This document shows positions 52,900 through 60,892 of a stretch of 64,000 nt of DNA, piece after piece. The translations under genes and the position numbers were made by a program. Origin of the DNA: a virus (Duplodnaviria > Heunggongvirae > Uroviricota > Caudoviricetes). The notes below the pieces were generated by a model. The model was given only the letters and a program-made list of their open reading frames with translations, was not told the DNA's origin and did not search any database. Every line of letters starts with the position of its first letter. Position 1 is the stretch's first letter. The stretch spans positions 13,508-77,507 of IMG/VR virus record IMGVR_UViG_3300021255_003438. The stretch is one strand, 5' to 3'.

Positions 52900-53922
52900 T
52901 TATTTTGACCTTTTTAACTTATTTCTATACCAATTTTTCAAAATATCATAAATTCCTTTATTTCTTTTAACAAATATATCACCTTGTGGAATCTCCTTTG
53001 ATGAATATTTTTTGAAACTACCTCTAGCAGTACCATTTTCCTCATTCCATCTTCCAATGACCCTTCTCATTTTCTTAATCAAATAAGAAATGTTGGCATC
53101 GCATAATTTAAAATAGTTTTTTGGTTCATCTATTCTCCTAATAGATGCATCAATATATTCTTTTGTGTTATCTTTTGTGTAATAATCATCTTTTGAAACA
53201 TACACTCGTTTCAACAATTTGTAGTCTTTAATTGTACCAGATAGCATTTTATAGGTCTTAGTGTCTCTGATGTCATTTTCATATTGTGACTCCATATACA
53301 TTTCTTGAACCCATGCATCTATCTCGTCTCTATCTAATCTATAGTATATCCAAGGTATTGTAAAATCTACAATTTGTTTCATAGGAGTATTCGCGCTTGG
53401 ATTGAAGCCAAATTTATTCCTCATTTCGCTTTGCGCTTTGGAGTATTGAGGTGTAATATTAGTGCCACCTCTTTTATACGATTGGTAAGCATGTTTTACT
53501 TCATGATTGATTGTAGATACGATATAGTTTTTTTCCCTATGAGGTATGACATCTGTCATTGTCCATACAAATGAAAATGTTATTACTCTATTACTAGGAG
53601 AAAAATTATTTTTTAAATAGCCATTACTAGAAATAAAATCCATAACATCATCAAACGTTTCATTCTGTGGGTTATAGTAGTATAGGTTAACAGTGATTCC
53701 ATTCAAAAAAGACAATATTTGAATATTATTAATATCTAAATTAAATGTTTTACCATATATTTTTTTACCCCCAATCTGGAACATTTGACCTCTATATTCT
53801 CTATGATGCTCATATATCAAATTAAAAATGGTCATAGATATTTGCATAATATCATTTGACACACCGCCATATTCTAATATTACTTCTTTTACTATGGATT
53901 CTATGAGATTATTTTTAATCAT
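52900..53922 (-). CDS. Hypothetical protein with HExxH (INHEVKHAY) motif, possible metalloprotease
   Basis: 340 aa with a single zincin-like motif. Confidence 0.35.
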   Translation of the reverse strand: MIKNNLIESIVKEVILEYGGVSNDIMQISMTIFNLIYEHHREYRGQMFQIGGKKIYGKTFNLDINNIQILSFLNGITVNLYYYNPQNETFDDVMDFISSNGYLKNNFSPSNRVITFSFVWTMTDVIPHREKNYIVSTINHEVKHAYQSYKRGGTNITPQYSKAQSEMRNKFGFNPSANTPMKQIVDFTIPWIYYRLDRDEIDAWVQEMYMESQYENDIRDTKTYKMLSGTIKDYKLLKRVYVSKDDYYTKDNTKEYIDASIRRIDEPKNYFKLCDANISYLIKKMRRVIGRWNEENGTARGSFKKYSSKEIPQGDIFVKRNKGIYDILKNWYRNKLKRSK

Positions 53923-54299
53923 AACAAAAAATGATATTTTATTATTTTAACTAATAATAAATATCATTTTAAGCTAAAAATAACTGAATGTGTTGTTACA
54001 CCAAAGACAACGCTTGTACTTTACGTCTCACGATTTACGTTTACATTCGACTAAGAATCCAGCAGCGGCTTTAAAGGTTCTCCAACTTGACTTCACGAGC
54101 CTCATTCGGTCTTATATTTCAGATTCTCAGACTTCGACCTCTCGTCTCTCGCCAATTAGGGATTTGCAACTCCCACGTTATTTGGATGCACCTAGGGTTT
54201 TTATATGAGGTGTAAACCCATAAAACATTCTACCTCACCACTTACTGAGTACTGTCACTCCTTAGAAGATGGACACTACCAATCCCACTTTTTCAGTTA

Positions 54300-54340
54300 T
54301 CTATGTAGGGTAGAAGGGATTCGAACCCCCCACAAACCTT
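54300..54340 (-). ncRNA. Orphan tRNA 3' half downstream of the 54343..54420 tRNA
   Basis: GGGGG-TTCGAAT-CCCTT then CTACCCT-A. No partner 5' strand. Confidence 0.35.
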
Positions 54341-54342
54341 TG

Positions 54343-54420
54343 TACCGCTGGTGGGAGTCGAACCCACAAAATGACGCTACCCCTAAAATAGCCGACTTTA
54401 CCTAATTTGCCCACAGCGGT
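54343..54420 (-). tRNA. tRNA (anticodon TAG, Leu-like) with an irregular D region
   Basis: Acceptor ACCGCTG/CAGCGGT is perfect. Hairpin GCTAT-TTTAGGG-GTAGC. T-arm GTGGG-TTCGACT-CCCAC. Confidence 0.4.
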
Positions 54421-54547
54421 ATTATTTAGACAGATTGAATTTTTGACTCCATTTATGTATTGCTTTATCACTAACCTCAAAATATTTTCCAGTTTTTGTT
54501 TTGTTCCAATTGCGATTAGCGGTTTTGAACAAATATTGCTGTTTGTT

Positions 54548-54621
54548 TCCTTACAAGTGGACTCGGAGGGAATTGAACCCACGACCTTCAGATTATGAGT
54601 CTGCTGCTCTAACCAACTGAG
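54548..54621 (-). tRNA. tRNA-Met/Ile2-type (anticodon CAT)
   Basis: Acceptor GGACTTG/CGAGTCC. D-arm GCTC-AGTTGGTTA-GAGC. Anticodon stem (G)CAGA/TCTG(A) with loop CTCATAA. Confidence 0.6.
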
Positions 54622-54825
54622 CTACAAGTCCTTACACCAATATGGATAATTCCTCTTTTCAGATTCTGGTGTATCTGTCAACTCATACCTTGCGCCACAG
54701 TAAGGACAATGGGCATAAGTCACCATTGCATCGTCTTCTTCACTCAAATCTTCTCCGTTGATTTCACTGAGCATAAAGTTTCCCTCTAGAATTAGGTCAT
54801 GCTCACAACGCATACATTTTTCCAT
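54622..54825 (-). CDS. Small zinc-ribbon protein
   Basis: 67 aa. CxxC...CxxC. Confidence 0.35.
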   Translation of the reverse strand: MEKCMRCEHDLILEGNFMLSEINGEDLSEEDDAMVTYAHCPYCGARYELTDTPESEKRNYPYWCKDL

Positions 54826-54843
54826 ATTGAATTAGTTTTACTG

Positions 54844-54957
54844 AGCCGTGTGCTGGATTCGAACCAACGTTTGTACTTAAACACCCCTTGTGCATATGCT
54901 GGTACCTACTGGGGTCGCCTCGTTTGCGCTGTGCTGACCGTCTTACACTAACACGGC
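54844..54957 (-). ncRNA. Long tRNA-like gene (~114 nt) sharing the acceptor stem with tRNA-Thr(TGT)
   Basis: Acceptor GCCGTGT/ACACGGC. T-arm GTTGG-TTCGAAT-CCAGC. About 85 nt internal with GGTACC/GCATATGC palindromes. Confidence 0.35.
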
Positions 54958-55231
54958 AATTTCTTGAGCAGTGTAGGAGATTCGAACTCCCTCCTTGACC
55001 TTGGCAAGGTTATATGCTACCATTAACACCAACACTGCAAAGTCAGTTTTTATAACCGTAAAACTGAAAAACTTCCTCCACCTACGATGAGGCAATAGTT
55101 TGAATCCCTTCAGGGACTACTGACGTTACGTTGAGCCTCAAATCTCTTTTGATAGTCTTTTTTAACGTGCAGATAATCTAGCAAGTAGTATGTACACGAT
55201 ATTTTAAGGAAACGTTTGTTGTTTATTTTTT

Positions 55232-55320
55232 AGTGCTCTAACCAACTGAGCTACCACGCTATGTTATTATGATTTAGTAGCGTGGACAGGATTCGAACCT
55301 GTGACCCCTAGCTTGAAATG
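55232..55320 (-). ncRNA. Permuted/split tRNA-like unit A: 3' half then 17-nt linker then 5' half
   Basis: On the sense strand: ...GGGTC-ACAGG-TTCGAAT-CCTGT-CCACGCT-A, then CTAAATCATAATAACAT, then AGCGTGG-TA-GCTC-AGTTGGTTA-GAGC-A, then an A-rich tail. The acceptor strands are perfectly complementary (7/7). Confidence 0.45.
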
Positions 55321-55358
55321 CTTTTTAAACGATGTACTTTGCTGTACGTTTCCACTTG

Positions 55359-55430
55359 AGCGAGTAAAGGGAATCGAACCCTCATCAGAAGATTGGAAAT
55401 CTCCTACACTAACCGTTGTGCTATACTCGC
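55359..55430 (-). tRNA. tRNA-Gly (anticodon TCC)
   Basis: Acceptor GCGAGTA/TACTCGC. D-arm GCAC-AACGGTTA-GTGT. Anticodon stem GGAGA/TCTTC with loop TTTCCAA. T-loop TTCGATT. Confidence 0.65.
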
Positions 55431-55666
55431 AACGATGAACTAACTTAGTGATACTTCGATTTATTATCGGAAAATGAACAAATGAAAATAGTATCTAGTT
55501 TGGTATTAGTCCGTGAGCTGTTTACTTTTCGCAGCAACCGTTTATCTAACTATCTTTACCATCATAATAGCAGAAAGGAGAATGTAGACAACTTGATAGT
55601 TGATAAACTTGCGGTTTTAACGATTTACCGCCAACGCCTTACTTTTTAGTATTCTCCTAAAACTTT

Positions 55667-56689
55667 TTACTGAGCAGTAGTTGGCTTAACGATTACCAAA
55701 CGGTTAAGCTTAACGCCCTCACCTACGGACTTGTTAACTCTTACACCACGAGCCTTAAGGTACTCTGCAACAGCATCTGCTCTGCGCTGTGAAAGCTCCT
55801 TGTTATAAGCTTCACTACCCTCTGGTGATGCATATCCGAACACGTCAACGATACCATCTTGTCCGATTGTGTTAAGAACTGCCTTTGCATCACTTGTAAG
55901 CTCTGCGCTATTGAAAGCGAACTCAACCATCCACTCGTTAGTCTTTTCAACAGCACGGAAGATAGGCTTCTCAACAACAACTTGCGTTACAACCGTATCA
56001 ACTGGATGTTGTCTTTGACACTCATCAAGTGCGCCACGAAGTCTATTAATCTCATCATTCATAGCACCAATATCCCATGTCTTGAAGTGATGTGTACCGT
56101 TGCTAGTCTTGAAGTGGTATACATAACTTACGTTAAGTGCCAACTGTGAACCACGCTTATCAAACTGAATATCGCCAAACTTGTGGAGATTCCAATAGAT
56201 TGCTGGAGTCAAGACCAACGAATGAGCTTTTTTCTTACCAATGTTCCAAGCAAAGTCAAGACCTGTCTTAGAACTTAGATAGTTGTTACTTGTGTTCCAT
56301 GTATGAAGCCAACCGATACCTGCAATTGCACTAACTTCAAACTTCCTAGGAGTACCTTGGTATCCACCAAATACATTTGACAAATTGAGTGCGCCATTAA
56401 GACCTACGTTTGTTGCCTTTACTGATGTCTTGATGTCAGTGAAATGGTTGTCATTCAAAAATGCCAAACCTTCTACTTGGAAACCGAATGCTGGAGTGAA
56501 ATCCTTAGTGAACTTAAGACCAACATTTGTGTTGAGAGGGAAAACTGAGTTGAAGTCAAGCGGAGTTGAAACGCCACCAGTGATACCGATGCCAATGTTA
56601 TCAAGTGCTGAACTGTTCTCAGTTGCAATCTGTGCCTTTGCACCAACTACGGCACTAAAAAGTGCCAACATTAAAATTAATTTTCTCAT
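55667..56689 (-). CDS. OmpA-family outer membrane protein (signal peptide + beta-barrel + OmpA_C peptidoglycan-binding domain)
   Basis: 340 aa. 'MRKLILMLALFSAVVGAKAQ'. C-terminal 'FAFNSAELTSDAKAVL...GYASPEGSEAYNKELSQRRADAVAEYL'. Confidence 0.7.
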   Translation of the reverse strand: MRKLILMLALFSAVVGAKAQIATENSSALDNIGIGITGGVSTPLDFNSVFPLNTNVGLKFTKDFTPAFGFQVEGLAFLNDNHFTDIKTSVKATNVGLNGALNLSNVFGGYQGTPRKFEVSAIAGIGWLHTWNTSNNYLSSKTGLDFAWNIGKKKAHSLVLTPAIYWNLHKFGDIQFDKRGSQLALNVSYVYHFKTSNGTHHFKTWDIGAMNDEINRLRGALDECQRQHPVDTVVTQVVVEKPIFRAVEKTNEWMVEFAFNSAELTSDAKAVLNTIGQDGIVDVFGYASPEGSEAYNKELSQRRADAVAEYLKARGVRVNKSVGEGVKLNRLVIVKPTTAQ

Positions 56690-56734
56690 AACTTTTTTTT
56701 AATTGTGCTATTTTTAATAATGTTATTTCAAATG

Positions 56735-56766
56735 CAAAGATATACAAAAAAATTGTAAATTCCAAA
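56735..56766 (-). promoter_or_regulatory. Bacteroidetes-type promoter upstream of the OmpA-like gene
   Basis: caaagata at 56735-56742 and ccaaa at 56762-56766, spacer 19 nt. Confidence 0.55.
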
Positions 56767-56768
56767 TT

Positions 56769-57074
56769 TTAGAATGGCAATTTATCAATTTTTTTTAATT
56801 TCCATTTGTACGTATACGTTCTAACCCCATTGTTCTTAACCATTTTATATGTTGGAGTGCTCACATAAAAACTTTTTCTTGTGAACGCTTTTATTATCAA
56901 CGTAAATGCATCAGAACAATAAGGATGACTAGATGTTTCTATCGTAACCTCTATTTCATCACCGACATTTTTGATGTCATATTCATCAATGCTGTCTTGA
57001 ATTTCCTTAATGAAGAAATAGCAATACCTTGGAAAATCAATATACTCTTTTGTTATTTTCTTATATTCACCCAT
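56769..57074 (-). CDS. Hypothetical protein
   Basis: 101 aa ORF. Confidence 0.4.
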   Translation of the reverse strand: MGEYKKITKEYIDFPRYCYFFIKEIQDSIDEYDIKNVGDEIEVTIETSSHPYCSDAFTLIIKAFTRKSFYVSTPTYKMVKNNGVRTYTYKWKLKKIDKLPF

Positions 57075-57100
57075 AACATTACCTTAAAAAACGGATACTT

Positions 57101-57165
57101 TTGTTTAATATACCAATACCCACGAATGGGTGCTTAAACCATTTGTTTAGGTTTAGCTTGGATTC
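57101..57165 (-). ncRNA. Permuted/split tRNA-like unit C (3' half then 8-nt linker then 5' half)
   Basis: On the sense strand: CTTGG-TTCGAAT-CCAAG-CTAAACC-T, then AAACAAAT, then GGTTTAA-GC-ACCC-ATTCGTG-GGT. Acceptor strands pair 6/7. Confidence 0.4.
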
Positions 57166-57359
57166 GAACCAAGAAATTGTAACAAAATTACATTGCTGTA
57201 AGTATCCTTGCGTTAATTATATCAACTATCACGTTTGGACTGCTACTAGAGACCTTACCCCCATCCATACCTCTCTAGGAAGATAACCTAGCACATTCTT
57301 TCAATTTCCATGACCCCACAGTTTATTGGACTTACGTGGCACGATTATTTGATATATAG

Positions 57360-57432
57360 TCTAGGTGAAGGGACTTGAACCCCCGACCACAGCCGCCCAA
57401 GGGCCGCATTCTACCTACTGAACTACACCTAG
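57360..57432 (-). tRNA. tRNA-Pro (anticodon TGG)
   Basis: Acceptor CTAGGTG/CACCTAG is perfect. D-arm GTTC-AGTAGGTA-GAAT. Anticodon stem CGGCC/GGCTG with loop CTTGGGC. T-loop TTCAAGT. Confidence 0.6.
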
Positions 57433-57460
57433 ATTTTTCGGAAACATTTTTTATTTTTTA

Positions 57461-57530
57461 CATTGCTCTACCAACTGAGCTACAACGAGCTATTGCCCAT
57501 TGAAGAGACTCGAACTCTTGACCTACGGAT
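57461..57530 (-). ncRNA. Permuted/split tRNA-like unit B (3' half then 5-nt linker then 5' half)
   Basis: On the sense strand: AAGAG-TTCGAGT-CTCTT-CAATGGG-C, then AATAG, then CTCGTTG-TA-GCTC-AGTTGGTA-GAGC-A, then an A-rich tail. Acceptor strands pair 7/7 with two G-U. Confidence 0.4.
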
Positions 57531-57732
57531 TACAAATCATAATAAAAACGTTTGCATTGCTGTATGTTTCCTTTTATGTTTTATGAAACTGTTTTGGCTC
57601 TATGCTTTCTGTTCTATCACGTTCCAATACGTAATCCCTAAGAAGGGTTAGGCTTAACGAATTATTCTTTTACATTTCATTCGCCCTCTTGCTACGATAG
57701 CAAGACTGTGATTACTCACCGTTCAGTCTCAT

Positions 57733-57810
57733 TGAGCAAGCCTATGGAATCGAACCATTCTTTCCCTCGGATGAGGGCTGTGCTAGCCATTACACCAAAG
57801 CCGCATTTTA
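57733..57810 (-). ncRNA. tRNA-like element (T-arm AATGG-TTCGATT-CCATA). Anticodon region is a tetraloop hairpin.
   Basis: T-arm present. CCCTC-ATCC-GAGGG hairpin. Poor acceptor pairing. Confidence 0.25.
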
Positions 57811-57821
57811 TTTTAACGATG

Positions 57822-57853
57822 CAAAGATATAAAAAATATTTGAGAACTCCAAA
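57822..57853 (-). promoter_or_regulatory. Bacteroidetes-type promoter
   Basis: caaagata at 57822-57829 and ccaaa at 57849-57853, spacer 19 nt. Confidence 0.55.
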
Positions 57854-58016
57854 TTTTTTACCATTTTTTGGCATTAAAATCCCATTTCTTCCTTAGTTGG
57901 TTCTTCTGAACCGCCTATTCTTATACCTTCTGCCAATAGTTTCAGCATTTCCCTATCTTTTTCGTTTGGGAATCTTTTTTCAGCTAGCCTATAATATTTT
58001 CTTTTTTTCATATTTG

Positions 58017-58090
58017 GGTGTACGACAGGATTCAAACCTGCGTATACAAGTGCCACAAACTTGCGCCTAAGTCTCTCGGCCACGTACACC
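58017..58090 (-). tRNA. tRNA-His (anticodon GTG) with encoded G-1
   Basis: G-1 pairs with C73. Acceptor GTGTACG/CGTACAC is perfect. Anticodon stem CAAGT/ACTTG with loop TTGTGGC. T-arm GCAGG-TTTGAAT-CCTGT. Confidence 0.65.
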
Positions 58091-58242
58091 ATGTTTAAAA
58101 CTAGGTGTTGCAACATTAGAAATGGGCTTACAATATTCGACATTCGGCTCAACCGCTCTAGATTTCGGTATCATAGCCTCCTCCTCGTAGCCTCTTACTG
58201 CCATTCTAAACCTAGTTTTATGAAAACGGAATCTATAAACTT

Positions 58243-58313
58243 TCGGTAGGTTGAGACTCGAACTCAAATCTCTTAGTAAAAGCCAAGGCTCTAACCCATT
58301 GAGCTACCCATCG
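58243..58313 (-). ncRNA. tRNA-like gene (canonical D- and T-arms, unresolved anticodon stem)
   Basis: D-arm GCTC-AATGGGTTA-GAGC. T-arm TTGAG-TTCGAGT-CTCAA. Acceptor pairs 6/7. Confidence 0.4.
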
Positions 58314-58340
58314 CGTTACCTTATGCTGTTAGATTCCTTT

Positions 58341-58421
58341 GTCGGAAGGGTAGGATTCAAACCTACGAACTCTGCTATATCAACACGGCTAGTTTGCAGA
58401 ACTGCTGCCGTTTCCTTCCGA
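58341..58421 (-). ncRNA. tRNA-like gene (perfect acceptor TCGGAAG/CTTCCGA, T-arm GTAGG-TTTGAAT-CCTAC), internal arms unresolved
   Basis: 81 nt. GCAG-TT-CTGC hairpin inside. Confidence 0.35.
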
Positions 58422-58426
58422 TTTTG

Positions 58427-58499
58427 TCAGGGTACTTGGACTCGAACCAAGAACAGCGTGTCTCCAAAGCACGTCGTCTACCTATTGACGTACACCCTG
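58427..58499 (-). tRNA. tRNA-Pro-like (anticodon TGG), second copy
   Basis: Acceptor CAGGGTG/TACCCTG. D-arm CGTC-AATAGGTA-GACG. Anticodon stem CGTG(C)/(A)CACG with loop TTTGGAG. T-arm CTTGG-TTCGAGT-CCAAG. Confidence 0.5.
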
Positions 58500-58593
58500 A
58501 GTTAAAATGCCAACACGTTAGAATTCTTGCATTATTACCTCTATAGTCTTATGCTGCTCTTAGAGAGGTTGCCTAAAGACTTGTGTTAGCTTG

Positions 58594-58679
58594 TCGGAGG
58601 AGAGGGATTCGAACCCCCTGCGTATCTTACGTGCTAGATTTACAGTCTAGTGCCCATCCACCATCTGAGCAGCCCTCCG
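58594..58679 (-). tRNA. tRNA-Tyr (anticodon GTA), type II
   Basis: Acceptor CGGAGGG/TCCTCCG. D-arm GCTC-AGATGGTGGAT-GGGC. Anticodon stem CTAGA/TCTAG with loop CTGTAAA. Variable-arm hairpin CGTA-AGA-TACG. T-loop TTCGAAT. Confidence 0.65.
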
Positions 58680-58902
58680 ATTTTAAAGCATAGGTTTCTC
58701 AACCACAATCCTTTCGAATTGACCACAGTGGTGAACTGTGTATGCTTTTATGTTTATTTAATTTTTCTATTTCATTTATTTATTATCGTCATAACAACAC
58801 GGATATGGACATTTCACCCTTAATGCTCTATCACGCCCATCACAAGGATTGCAAGAACATGCGTCACAACGTTTTTTCCACTTTTCTTCGTATTCGTTCA
58901 TG

Positions 58903-59340
58903 TTACTTAAACTTACCCAATCGTATACTTTCCACTAAATAATCGTATAATATTTCCCAATCTGTTTCAGCATCAAATCCAAATTTATCATCAATGCCTA
59001 CATTGAAATATGTTTTTTCATCGAAACAAGACAACGATGTATTTTTTGTTTCAATGTTTCGGTTAATATAATCAAACCGAATGCCATTAGCTTTAAAATA
59101 TCCAATATACTCATCTATTATGTTTTTATAAGTTGATGTCCAAAGAATTAAAGAAATTTGTTGCGCATGGCTCATAATATCCAATGCTTCTTTCGCAAAG
59201 GGATACCATTTATATTCTTCCTTGTTGTGATAGCACGCTTCAAACACTGTATCGTGTATATCCACAAGGACATAGATTTTCTCCCAATTACGTTCTTTCA
59301 TTCTTTTGAAAGCGCCTTCGAAACTCTTAGTTATACTCAT
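58903..59340 (-). CDS. HAD-superfamily 5'(3')-deoxyribonucleotidase-like (NT5C family)
   Basis: 145 aa. 'IYVLVDIHDTV' is the DxDxT motif at the N-terminus. Size fits NT5C. Confidence 0.45.
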   Translation of the reverse strand: MSITKSFEGAFKRMKERNWEKIYVLVDIHDTVFEACYHNKEEYKWYPFAKEALDIMSHAQQISLILWTSTYKNIIDEYIGYFKANGIRFDYINRNIETKNTSLSCFDEKTYFNVGIDDKFGFDAETDWEILYDYLVESIRLGKFK

Positions 59341-59775
59341 ACTTATAATTTCATTTTAGAAAAGATTCCTACATCTGTCATAGAGCAATTAACTCAAAGG
59401 CAAATAGACTTCATATTCGATGTAAAATTGCTTCTACAAGTTTTCAATCCATCACCACTTTTATTTACCTGGAAGTGCAGATTCTCACTGCTTTTCTCTT
59501 ACACAGTCTCCATCTGGTTGCTTTACCAATCACACTGGCCTCAATCACGTGTTTGCCACTACAAGGTCTTCCAACTGTCAATTCAGTATCCCCATTGAAA
59601 TAAATTATTTCGCCCTCGGAATCTTTTGTTAAAAAAAGGATAGTAGTCTCAAATCAAGCAAACAAACCAAAGTACCCTCTATGGCTGTTATGACATTCTC
59701 ATATGCCTTGGGTAATCTGCATCAAATGACATATCTCGAAAGACTTGCTATCCTACAAGGCTTACATACCCATTT

Positions 59776-59800
59776 TGTCAGCCAAGGTAGATTCGAACTA
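59776..59800 (-). ncRNA. Orphan T-arm/acceptor 3' fragment (GGTAG-TTCGAAT-CTACC + TTGGCTG)
   Basis: No complementary 5' strand found. Confidence 0.25.
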
Positions 59801-60101
59801 CCACCGTTATTTCTAACGCCATCAAGTCTTCCCAATTGCACTATAACTTGAAACCTCCTAGCCCAATGTAGGTGTGCTACCATTACTCCATTGACTGAAT
59901 TTGCTACATCGGTGGGATTCGAACCCAACGTAGAAACGAAAATGTTTCGACTCATATCTAACAAGGATGCACTTTTAAGGTCTTTGCTAGCAATTGACCT
60001 CCTAGTTTCATTGACTGTTTGTCTCATTTGTCCCAGATGTGGCATTAAGACTTGCAATTTTCTTAAAAATCCATATCCATTCCTCTGATACGATGCAGTT
60101 G

Positions 60102-60174
60102 TTGGGATTAAGGGAATCGAACCCCTACAGACCAAGAGTCAGAGTCTTGCGTACTACCATTATACTAAACCCCA
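60102..60174 (-). tRNA. tRNA-Gln (anticodon CTG)
   Basis: Acceptor TGGGGTT/AATCCCA. D-arm GTA-TAATGGTAG-TAC. Anticodon stem CAAGA/TCTTG with loop CTCTGAC. T-arm AGGGG-TTCGATT-CCCTT. Confidence 0.55.
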
Positions 60175-60262
60175 AAGTAAAGGGAACATTTTTAACCGTA
60201 TTCTTAAAACCCAAATTTAATTACTTGTTAATTCAATAATACTTGCTGTAAGTTCCCACTTG

Positions 60263-60334
60263 TAGCGCATAGGAGAGTCGAACTCCTCTTTAGAGAATGA
60301 AAATCTCTCGTCCTAGCCGATAGACGAATGCGCC
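60263..60334 (-). tRNA. tRNA-Glu (anticodon TTC)
   Basis: Acceptor GGCGCAT/ATGCGCT. D-stem GTCT/GGAC. Anticodon stem AGAGA/TCTCT with loop TTTTCAT. T-arm AGGAG-TTCGACT-CTCCT. Confidence 0.6.
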
Positions 60335-60484
60335 ATTAAAGAAAGATGCTGTGTTGGAGGCGTGAATCTCTCGCCCACTATTCTCATACTACGGATGGAA
60401 AACACCAGTGCATGTAGGGTACGACTTTCCACATTTAATATACTTCGGTGCATTTCGAACTACACCTTTTCTAACATCTTTTTG

Positions 60485-60557
60485 TAGTCGTAGGGAGGCT
60501 CGAACTCCCATTCTCTGCGTGAGAGGCAGTACTCCTAACCTTTTAGAGGATACGACC
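60485..60557 (-). tRNA. tRNA-Glu (anticodon CTC)
   Basis: Acceptor GGTCGTA/TACGACT. D-arm CTCT-AAAAGGTTA-GGAG. Anticodon stem (A)CTGC/GCAG(A) with loop CTCTCAC. T-arm GGGAG-TTCGAGC-CTCCC. Confidence 0.55.
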
Positions 60558-60576
60558 ATTTTCAAATTTCACGTTG

Positions 60577-60608
60577 CAAATATATGAAAAAAAATCGGAA
60601 TATCCAAA
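60577..60608 (-). promoter_or_regulatory. Bacteroidetes-type promoter at the head of the tRNA island
   Basis: caaatata at 60577-60584 and ccaaa at 60604-60608, spacer 19 nt. tRNA-Glu 5' end at 60557. Confidence 0.55.
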
Positions 60609-60892
60609 TTTTTAGCCAATTTTTAACGTATTTAAACAATTTAAGGTGGATAATCCGTAGACTACCCACCTATACATTATATTTTACCGATGTAAGAAAT
60701 CTTGTTTAAATATAATAATAAAATGATTGAGTCTACACTTAACATATGGACATACCGCCTAGTCTTGGGTATTCATATCCAAGCTCTCTAGGCTGTTCTA
60801 TATGTAGACTAAAAGTAATCATATTATTATTAACTGTTTATTATAAATATAATGTATTTCAAAAAAATTTAAATGGAAAATGAAAAATATTT

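Noticed and set aside
51925-54340. Orphan tRNA 3' halves as a phage attP site
   Set aside because: No integrase or recombinase gene is visible in this window, and there are several such fragments rather than one. Kept as a hypothesis in findings, not called as an att site.
27299-60608. A CRISPR array as the explanation for the many short repeated elements in the island
   Set aside because: The repeats are tRNA T-arm/acceptor modules, promoter motifs and the trailer motif. They have irregular spacing and are not identical direct repeats separated by unique spacers.
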